A stretch of DNA of 13,860 nucleotides, from the NCBI GenBank assembly GCA_038858525.1, contig JAWCFL010000002.1:13188-27047 (forward strand), in the 5' to 3' direction. Shown here one piece after another: positions 7,044-13,860 of this stretch (its first letter is position 1; the number at the start of each line of letters is the position of its first letter). Source of the DNA: Candidatus Jordarchaeales archaeon. Lineage in GTDB: Archaea; Asgardarchaeota; Jordiarchaeia; Jordiarchaeales; Freyrarchaeaceae. The position numbers and the translations under genes were made by a program. The notes beneath the pieces were generated by a model. That model had not been told where the DNA came from. It worked only from the letters and a program-made list of their open reading frames with translations, and searched no databases.

Positions 7044-7553
7044 ATGGCAAAAAGGGATTACCCCGAGAAGGAGTTATCTACCTTGATTACAGAGTTTGAG
7101 TCAGCTATGAAGGAGTGCCGAGCAGCGGTTTCTAGCTTCTTTAAGGCGGTTTCAACAATGAAGTTGAACAACAACAATAGAAGGGACGTAGCTAAGGAGG
7201 CTGACGGCGCTCTAGATGCTCTCTACGACATTTGTGAGCAGATATTCAAACTCGAGGATGTAGCGGAGAGCGCGGCTGGCTTCACTATAAACGATGACGA
7301 GGAGAAGGTAGCTTGGAATTTTATCCGGACCGCGAAGAGTGTTAGGGAAAAAGTGGAGGTGCTTCAGAGGGTTGTGAAAAACTACCTTAAAGCCGCTGAG
7401 ACGCCCGACCTAGCGTCTCTCGCTGGTGAGGAGCTTGAAAAGGAGATTAAAGAGTTCAACAAGAATATGAGCGGGCTAGAAGAGCGGGGGGGTGAGTTTC
7501 TATCGATGCTTCGCTCAAAGTATGAGAAGGCAAGAGTTGGGCGCTTACCCTAA
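7044..7553 (+). CDS. Hypothetical all-alpha-helical or coiled-coil protein (169 aa)
   Basis: Glu/Lys/Ala-rich ORF with amphipathic patterning. GGGGTG RBS precedes ATG 7044; ATG 6996 is an alternative start. No family recognised. Confidence 0.75.
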   Translation: MAKRDYPEKELSTLITEFESAMKECRAAVSSFFKAVSTMKLNNNNRRDVAKEADGALDALYDICEQIFKLEDVAESAAGFTINDDEEKVAWNFIRTAKSVREKVEVLQRVVKNYLKAAETPDLASLAGEELEKEIKEFNKNMSGLEERGGEFLSMLRSKYEKARVGRLP

Positions 7554-8863
7554 GCTGCCCCTCTACCACCTCTTTCTTTCCTTCTGTTACTCTTACTCAT
7601 TGTTTTTATGATTGTTGCCGCCATCGAGAAGCTGAAAACTATTGGAAGCAGAAGAACTAGTACTATTTCTGGCTGTGCAACTTCTATGCTCTCAACGACA
7701 GGCAGCGGTGCGCCTATTTGTCGAAGAACAAAGAGTGCTGTGAAGCATATGAAGGACAGAACGATGACACCGCTTACTCTCAGAAGCATGCCGGTCAGCG
7801 AAGACCTTATTAGTGGCTTAATTTTTGGAGCAGCATCCTTAGCACTTAATGTTGAGCGGGAATTAGGCACCTTCAGGAATACTTCCTCCAAGTATGCTTT
7901 AAGCCTGCGCAGGTCGTGGAGAACTTCGATCTTAGCCGCCTCCGGCCTGCTGAAAATTTTCATTTCGACAAGTCCTTTAAGAAAGTCTAACGCTTCTTTA
8001 CTGAGGGGAACGCTCTCTCCGAGCTCCATCATGCTGGACGCTGCCGCCAGCTCCTCAACGATTCTCAACTGCTTCGCGACTCTCTCTCCTCTCTCAGACG
8101 CTGGAGAAGTTATTTCCGAGATGTACACTAGAAGCAGCCCAACCTCCAAGTAGAGGTAGCATGCAAGCGCCGAGAAGAAGAGGGGGGACGTCAGAAAGCT
8201 AGCGAGTGCTCCTGATACGCCTCCGAAAAGAAGCTGCTGAAAAAAGACGTTTGACGTAAGGAAAAGACTGGTGAGGGGAGTTCCTATGTTAACATGCCCC
8301 GTTAGGGCTGCCAGACCAAAGGAGGATAAAGTAAAAGTGAAGGATGAAAAAAGGTATTTGACCTTTATTTTAGATACGAACAAGGCACCTGACGCGACGG
8401 CGCCCAAGGCTAGAAGCTGGAAGAGAAGGAAGTATATTGACCAGACGCATGATGTTGCGGCATAGCCGAGAACCATCCATCTAACGGATGGCCAGAATAG
8501 CAACCATTGCCCTGGGGGGAAAGCAACTATGATGTATGCTAGAGGGATAGGGTAGAAGTAAGCTGCCGCCATGAACACCTCAACCACAGCCTCTGCTAAA
8601 GCCAAGTAGATGAACAGCTTGGGGTCAAGAAGCCAGAAGATCGGGGGGATAATGGACTCAACAATGAGCGATGTAAAAGCGTTCATTAGCATTGTTAGTA
8701 ACACGTTGATGAACATCCAAGTTCTCCACGCAGTTAACCCCGCCATGCCCAGGTCCCATATGTAAACCCAGAAGCCTTCATATTTCATGTATGGCTGAAT
8801 GTTCGTGAACACTACAGTGAAGGTAACGATGAGCAGCACGGCTGCAGCAGCCCTCATTCCCAA
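7550..8863 (-). CDS. Hypothetical polytopic membrane protein; last gene of the MoxR operon
   Basis: 437 aa with many hydrophobic segments at the N-terminus, a charged central helical domain and two C-terminal hydrophobic segments. Start is TTG 8863 or ATG 8857, about 41 nt after the DUF58 stop. Confidence 0.8.
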   Translation of the reverse strand: MGMRAAAAVLLIVTFTVVFTNIQPYMKYEGFWVYIWDLGMAGLTAWRTWMFINVLLTMLMNAFTSLIVESIIPPIFWLLDPKLFIYLALAEAVVEVFMAAAYFYPIPLAYIIVAFPPGQWLLFWPSVRWMVLGYAATSCVWSIYFLLFQLLALGAVASGALFVSKIKVKYLFSSFTFTLSSFGLAALTGHVNIGTPLTSLFLTSNVFFQQLLFGGVSGALASFLTSPLFFSALACYLYLEVGLLLVYISEITSPASERGERVAKQLRIVEELAAASSMMELGESVPLSKEALDFLKGLVEMKIFSRPEAAKIEVLHDLRRLKAYLEEVFLKVPNSRSTLSAKDAAPKIKPLIRSSLTGMLLRVSGVIVLSFICFTALFVLRQIGAPLPVVESIEVAQPEIVLVLLLPIVFSFSMAATIIKTMSKSNRRKERGGRGAA

Positions 8864-8904
8864 CTGGAGGGTGTCAAACCTTGCTTTTTGGAGAAAACCT
8901 TCGC

Positions 8905-10227
8905 TCAGCGTAGCGCAATCCCCCTTCTCTTCGCATTCAAGTACTGGCTCACTATTGCCGGCAGGAAATCATCTGGCCCGACGTCGATAACCTTTACATC
9001 CATCCTAGCTAGCTCGTCGCTCACCTTCCTCCTGAACTCTAGAAGCTCCTCTGATACTGCCTCTGCGAGCGCTCTGTCGACGGGGGATAAGGCTTCAGGG
9101 TAGACCTCAAACCATGGACCAAATGGAGATAAGACCAGCAGATGGTTTCGGTGTGCCCTTATGAGCTTGACGGCTTCAACTATGTCGCTCGCGTCCCCCT
9201 CAAGGTCGCTGATCAACACATATAACATTCTTTTCGGTGAGCGCTTTATAACCCACTCGATGGAGTCTTTCATGCGAGTTCCGCCGGTGGGTTCGACAAA
9301 GGCTAAGGCTTCAAGTATTTTGTAGAAGTAGTCCTTTCCCGGCCTTGGAGGAACGTGCTGATATACTTTGTCGGAAAAAGCAGCCAGCCCGACTTCGTCT
9401 CTCCGCTCCAAAGCGACCTTTGCGAGCATGACAGCAGCTCTTATTGCGAAGTCGAGCTTAGTGTTGTCGGGAAGCCCGCCCCCCATACTGCTACTACAGT
9501 CAATGAGAAGCATCACCTTTATGTTACGTTCACTCTCGAACTCTCTGACTATTAGGTCGCCTGTCCTAGCTGTGGCTTTCCAGTCTATACGCCTAAAGTC
9601 GTCCATTGGGAAGTAGTCACGCAGACCAAAGAATTCGACGCCGATGCCCTTCTGCCTCGTTCTGTGAACTCCGAAAAGCTTGCCTAGAACCCTCTTGGCG
9701 CCTAGAGCTTCAAGTTTCCTTACGTCCTTGTAGGACGGATAAACTAGAATCTCGGTATATGAGGGAATTTCCTTCTCTTCAAACATCACACCTATTCTGT
9801 CCTTCATGACTAATTTTGTGGGTCCTATTTTGTGGACGCCTCTCTTCCTGCACTGGAGAACGTATGAAAACTTTATCTCGTCGCCCGGGTCAAGTCTTGT
9901 CGATATCTTGTTCTCTCCGAGGACGAGTGTGAAGACCTCTGGGTATCCGTCTTCGACTTCGAGACGGTCAATCCTCATTCTCCCCTTATTAGTGACCGTG
10001 ACGGTAACGTGGATGAACTCTTCAGCAAAGACCTTTTCCTTGTCGAGGCTTCTTGTTACTTCCACCCCTTCAAAACTTGCTGATAGAGTGAAGTAGGGCA
10101 TGCTGACGACGGAGGCTATAGTAAACATCACACCTAAAAGAACGAGAAAGTAGTTTACAGTAGAGAAACCGAAAACTAGGATGAATACGCCAGTTACTAT
10201 GGCTACGCCGCCCCTCGCCGTCAGCAA
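8905..10227 (-). CDS. DUF58 (vWA-like) protein with an N-terminal membrane anchor; MoxR partner
   Basis: EILVYP, GVEFFGLRDYFPMDDFRRIDWKATARTGDLIVREFESER, MIDAS-like LLIDCSSSM, and VLISDL. GGAGGG RBS upstream of TTG. Confidence 0.92.
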   Translation of the reverse strand: MLTARGGVAIVTGVFILVFGFSTVNYFLVLLGVMFTIASVVSMPYFTLSASFEGVEVTRSLDKEKVFAEEFIHVTVTVTNKGRMRIDRLEVEDGYPEVFTLVLGENKISTRLDPGDEIKFSYVLQCRKRGVHKIGPTKLVMKDRIGVMFEEKEIPSYTEILVYPSYKDVRKLEALGAKRVLGKLFGVHRTRQKGIGVEFFGLRDYFPMDDFRRIDWKATARTGDLIVREFESERNIKVMLLIDCSSSMGGGLPDNTKLDFAIRAAVMLAKVALERRDEVGLAAFSDKVYQHVPPRPGKDYFYKILEALAFVEPTGGTRMKDSIEWVIKRSPKRMLYVLISDLEGDASDIVEAVKLIRAHRNHLLVLSPFGPWFEVYPEALSPVDRALAEAVSEELLEFRRKVSDELARMDVKVIDVGPDDFLPAIVSQYLNAKRRGIALR

Positions 10228-10240
10228 AAAATAAACCCTC

Positions 10241-11203
10241 CTAAAACGGGACAGGAGTCTCCTCGAGAAGGCGTTCCACCACCTTCTCGGCGGTTACCCC
10301 TTCAAGCTCGGCCTCCGGCCTCATTATTATTCTGTGAACGAACGCTTGTTTCGCTATCGATTTAACATCGTCAGGTATGACGTAGTCCCTGCCGTTCAGC
10401 GCCGCCCTAGCCATGGCTCCCTCCATTAGCACTATGGAAGCTCTAGGACTACCTCCAAGCAATATCTGAGGGTGCCTCCTAGTTCTGACCACTAACTCCC
10501 TTATGTAGTCCATTATTTCTGGGGCCACGTAGACTCCTTTAACTATTCGCTGCATTTTGATTATAGTGTCTGGTGAGACTACGGGGTTCACGTCCTCAAC
10601 GCTCGCGTTAACCCTCCTCCTGAGGATCTCGACTTCCTCATCTCCTGATGGGTAGTCCACTGTTAGTTTGAAGAGAAACCTATCTAGCTGAGCTTCAGGG
10701 AGCGGGTAAACCCCTTCAGATGTTTCTATCGGGTTCTGGGTAGCTATGACGATGAAGGGGGAGGGTAATGGGTGTGTTACACCTTCAACTGTAACTTGCC
10801 GCTCCTGCATAGCTTCGAGAAGAGCTGACTGGGTTTTTGGGGGAGCCCTGTTTATCTCGTCTGCCAGTATCACGTTAGCGAATATCGGGCCGGGGCGAAA
10901 CTCAAACTCCCCGCTCTTCTGATTGAAGACATATGTTCCTATTATGTCTGAAGGAAGGAGGTCGGGGGTAAACTGTATTCGTTTAAACGAGCTACCCAGA
11001 GTCCTCGCGAAGGTTTTAGCCATGAAGGTTTTAGCAACACCCGGAACACCTTCAAGCAGGACGTGGCCATTGCACAGAAGCGCTATCAACAGGTTCTCGA
11101 AGACGTCAATCTTTCCCACAATGACTTTCTTGAACTCCTCCATTATGGCTTTCGAAAAAGACTGCACGTTCCCAACATCAATTTCAACTTCGCTTTCCAA
11201 CAA
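10241..11203 (-). CDS. moxR: MoxR-family AAA+ ATPase (MoxR-proper type)
   Basis: Walker A GHVLLEGVPGVAKT, RIQFTPDLLPSDIIG, Walker B LADEINRAPPKTQSALLEAMQERQVT, ATQNP, LPEAQLDRF and GSPRA. GGAGG RBS upstream of TTG. Confidence 0.96.
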   Translation of the reverse strand: MLESEVEIDVGNVQSFSKAIMEEFKKVIVGKIDVFENLLIALLCNGHVLLEGVPGVAKTFMAKTFARTLGSSFKRIQFTPDLLPSDIIGTYVFNQKSGEFEFRPGPIFANVILADEINRAPPKTQSALLEAMQERQVTVEGVTHPLPSPFIVIATQNPIETSEGVYPLPEAQLDRFLFKLTVDYPSGDEEVEILRRRVNASVEDVNPVVSPDTIIKMQRIVKGVYVAPEIMDYIRELVVRTRRHPQILLGGSPRASIVLMEGAMARAALNGRDYVIPDDVKSIAKQAFVHRIIMRPEAELEGVTAEKVVERLLEETPVPF

Positions 11204-12554
11204 TAACCGCCTCCATTATTCTTTTCATAACGAAGAAGTGGTTAAGAAATGTCTCGGATCCCATATAGACAGGCTTCTCCCCTTTGTCTATGGCCTCCCA
11301 CTCCTCAAGAAACCGTCTAAGCTGCTTCCGCCTCATCGTCGGAACAGCCTCAGCCAATACGTCCACCACAACGTCAACGCTGAACTCTCTCAACTTAAAC
11401 CTCTTGACTATGTGCCTCTTCATTCTTCTGTAAAGGAGCTTCAAAGCATAGCCATACTGCCTGTTCTCCTTATACCATCTAAGCCTCTCCGCGAGGAAAG
11501 TCTTCCCCCTCTTAAGGTAAACCGCAGTCGGGCCCATCTCCTTAGGCTTGCTCTTCGGCAACCATTTCCAAACAGAGAAAACTATAAGCACAGGATATAT
11601 TGGGGCTAGGAGCCAGTTGGCGCTAGCCCAGTCAATGTAGCTGAGGATGCTGCCGAAGAGCTTATCGTAAGAATAAGTTGCAGTCAGATGAGCCTCGTCG
11701 AAGATGACAAGGTTGCTCCCTCCACCCTCGTCTCTTCTCGAAAGCCAATCAATCACGTTAATAGTGAAGCGTAGATTGTCCCCCTTCAGTATCATTTCGT
11801 TATTGAAGATGCTTGGATCACTAATCACAACTATCCGACCATCACCGTAACTTACCTCATGCCCCCCAATATTGATACGCTTAAGGTCATAGGCTGCGAC
11901 AACTGTTGCGACTGGAAGAGGCATGTCAGGGTTTAGCGGCTCTAGCTGCATATTTTTGTTGATATCAAGGATGCCGGGAGCGAGGGCTGCAACCTGATTC
12001 TCTGGCGGGACATTCCAGAGCGCTGTTGGAAAGTTAAGTATCACCTGATTTACATCTTTGAATATTGGGTGTGAAGCATTAAACACATTGACAACAGGTG
12101 TAGGGGTCCACATTGTTATCCCCCCAGTGAGGCTACCATAGAGGGGGCTATTATAAAACATCGGCGGGGGAAGCCCCATAGACATGAATAGGATGGTAGT
12201 AAATAAGTTGCCAGCTCCGAAGTCGTCGGCGATGAGCAGACCTCCGCCCTCGCGAACGAAGTCCACGAGCTCCATGAGCTCTATGGGATTTATAATGGAT
12301 GTGGGTGATAGGATCATTACTGTGGCTCCCTCCGCTCTGCTTAGAACGCTTAGTGATGATATGAGGGGGCGTATGTCGTACCCATTTCTGCTGAGCTCCA
12401 TTCTGAGCAGGAAGCAACCGTTCCACATTGGATTGTAGAGGGAAAGGTCTTGCAGCTTTACGCTCTGCGCGTACCCCGGAATTAGGGGGAGCACTAGCTG
12501 GGCCCATACGAGTATGAAGATGCAGACGTAAACGGCGGTTTTCGCTTTACCCAA
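11184..12554 (-). CDS. DUF4350-type (GldG/glutamine-amidotransferase-like fold) membrane-anchored protein
   Basis: N-terminal signal or TM segment, SLYNPMWNG, FVREGGGLLIADDFG, GRIVVISDPSIFNNEM, NLRFTINVIDWL and VIFDEAH, then a second TM segment and a basic tail. It overlaps both neighbours. Confidence 0.8.
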   Translation of the reverse strand: MGKAKTAVYVCIFILVWAQLVLPLIPGYAQSVKLQDLSLYNPMWNGCFLLRMELSRNGYDIRPLISSLSVLSRAEGATVMILSPTSIINPIELMELVDFVREGGGLLIADDFGAGNLFTTILFMSMGLPPPMFYNSPLYGSLTGGITMWTPTPVVNVFNASHPIFKDVNQVILNFPTALWNVPPENQVAALAPGILDINKNMQLEPLNPDMPLPVATVVAAYDLKRINIGGHEVSYGDGRIVVISDPSIFNNEMILKGDNLRFTINVIDWLSRRDEGGGSNLVIFDEAHLTATYSYDKLFGSILSYIDWASANWLLAPIYPVLIVFSVWKWLPKSKPKEMGPTAVYLKRGKTFLAERLRWYKENRQYGYALKLLYRRMKRHIVKRFKLREFSVDVVVDVLAEAVPTMRRKQLRRFLEEWEAIDKGEKPVYMGSETFLNHFFVMKRIMEAVIVGKRS

Positions 12555-13860
12555 TGCTTATTATTCCCCCCGTGACTTCCTTGTATATCTCGTTAAGTGT
12601 TTTTGCGGCCTCCTTATAGTCGGAGCTGGTGACCTCACGCTTGCTGAAGCGTGCCTTCTCGAAAAGCTGGGTCATAGTGTTAACTAACTTTGGTGGTAAA
12701 CCGCCCTTTATGGCCTTTCTAGCAATGTCACGTGTCGTTTCATGGGGAGCACGCTCTATCCTCAAGTAAACGTTCAGGAGCTCAACATACATTCTGTAGA
12801 GTTGAATTAACGCCTCCCTATACTTACCCGCCTTAGCCAATTCATCCAGCGACTCAATGTTCCATGTCAACCTAGGCTTCTTGACGCTAGTAGATTTCAT
12901 CCGAGACACGTACACGAAAACAAAAACGAGCAGCAAAGCCACCAGAACGCCTATGATGAAAAGTGGCAGGATGGGGGAGGAGCCACCAGCCTGCAGAGCA
13001 TACAATAAAGCCATAATATAACCTCCTGTGAAGTCCTCCTTTACTACGGGAATATTAACCATTGCTGAGTCACCGGTATCGATTACAACGTATATTGTGA
13101 GGTTCCCTTCAGCGGTGTCATCAGGCACGTTATATGTAAATGTTCCATTCCCGTCGCTTCCAGTCTCCGCTGAGCCCACGTTAGTTGTCATGTTCCAGTA
13201 AACGGTGAAGGAACGCCCCACAACGGGGTTGCCATTTGGGTCGCGGATACTAACGTTAATCGTCAACGGCTTTCCGATAACAGCTTTTTCCGGAATGGAT
13301 AAGTTCACATTGGCATTGTTGAAAACGTGTATTCTAACTTCAAACTGAGCTGACCCGAATGTCTCATTTCCAGGGTAAACCACGCTTAGAACTGAAATCC
13401 GGTTAACCGGAAGCATGGAGAGGTCGTCTGGGCTCAATGTGATGTTAAGGAAGCCATTGGTGCCCGTAATATTACTTGAAAGAGCAACACCATTATAGTA
13501 GGCTGTGAAGTTTAATCCTCCCAGTGGGCTGCCAGAAGCAGAATCAACAACACTAGCGGTTATGAATGCATATTCGCGAGGCGTGAAGGAGCCTATAAGA
13601 GTAGACGTCTGCTTAGCGGCGAGAGGAAGTGAAGCTGAGGAGGAGGAGAAACCCGAAACAATGATGGAAGGCTTAACTTTCACTTGAACAACCACAATAT
13701 TACTCACGCCGCTAAAGGTTTCGTTAAGGCTGACAGCTTCCACATTGTAACTTCCAGGAGCCAACCAAGAAGGAACAGGCACACTACAGTAGAATGAGCC
13801 GTCAGCCATTGTCTTCTCAGTAGCATTGTAAGTATAAATGACGCCACTAGCGTTGGAAAG
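12547..13860 (-). CDS. Large surface protein with Ig-like beta domains, a TM helix and a C-terminal DUF4129-like domain; 5' end truncated
   Basis: The frame stays open from ATG 13809 to the window edge (LSNASGVIYTYNATEKT-M). It has a beta-rich Thr/Ser/Asn region with 12 N-x-S/T sequons, a hydrophobic helix, and a YREALIQLY...PHETTRD...LFEKARFS tail. Confidence 0.8.
   Translation of the reverse strand, partial: LSNASGVIYTYNATEKTMADGSFYCSVPVPSWLAPGSYNVEAVSLNETFSGVSNIVVVQVKVKPSIIVSGFSSSSASLPLAAKQTSTLIGSFTPREYAFITASVVDSASGSPLGGLNFTAYYNGVALSSNITGTNGFLNITLSPDDLSMLPVNRISVLSVVYPGNETFGSAQFEVRIHVFNNANVNLSIPEKAVIGKPLTINVSIRDPNGNPVVGRSFTVYWNMTTNVGSAETGSDGNGTFTYNVPDDTAEGNLTIYVVIDTGDSAMVNIPVVKEDFTGGYIMALLYALQAGGSSPILPLFIIGVLVALLLVFVFVYVSRMKSTSVKKPRLTWNIESLDELAKAGKYREALIQLYRMYVELLNVYLRIERAPHETTRDIARKAIKGGLPPKLVNTMTQLFEKARFSKREVTSSDYKEAAKTLNEIYKEVTGGIISIG

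Noticed and set aside
7608-8153. 181-aa plus-strand ORF and the other short ORFs in the track (for example 75..269, 1418..1642, 2514..2903, 4769..5119, 5061..5369, 5339..5560)
   Set aside because: They overlap well-supported genes on the opposite strand or in another frame, and show no protein-like motifs.
10923-11609. 228-aa plus-strand ORF
   Set aside because: Antisense shadow of moxR and the DUF4350 gene, with no recognisable motifs.
12110-12200. GGGGCU/AGCCCC and CUACCAU/AUGGUAG stems in the DUF4350 mRNA
   Set aside because: They lack the 4-bp central helix with opposed 3-nt bulges, and the frame is uninterrupted (Gly/Pro codon bias).
1-13860. tRNA, rRNA, CRISPR array, IS element or integrase
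   Set aside because: No cloverleaf, periodic repeat-spacer pattern, terminal inverted repeats or transposase motifs were seen.

Overview
Gene-dense archaeal window, with frequent TTG starts, GGAGG/GGTG ribosome-binding sites and BRE-TATA-like elements. The lineage cannot be fixed from sequence alone; a TACK- or Asgard-type genome is only a guess. From left to right: a minus-strand HMG-CoA synthase and thiolase operon (mevalonate pathway; the thiolase runs off the edge and is missing from the ORF track), a divergent trans-prenyl diphosphate synthase, and moaA. Next is a minus-strand pair of an FAD-linked oxidoreductase and an HdrD/GlcF-like Fe-S/CCG protein, then an orphan helical protein. The right end is a minus-strand operon: DUF4129-type surface protein, DUF4350-type protein, MoxR AAA+ ATPase, DUF58 vWA-like protein and a membrane protein. 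The main finding is that the Fe-S/CCG gene starts at TTG 5440, not at 5275. It is interrupted inside its first Fe-S motif by a 27-nt insert (5339..5365) with an in-frame TGA. The insert folds into a canonical bulge-helix-bulge (BHB) structure, and cutting at the standard endonuclease sites restores CNRARCGYCVEECP exactly. This is a candidate tRNA-type intron in an archaeal protein-coding gene other than cbf5. It is predicted from sequence only and needs RNA evidence.
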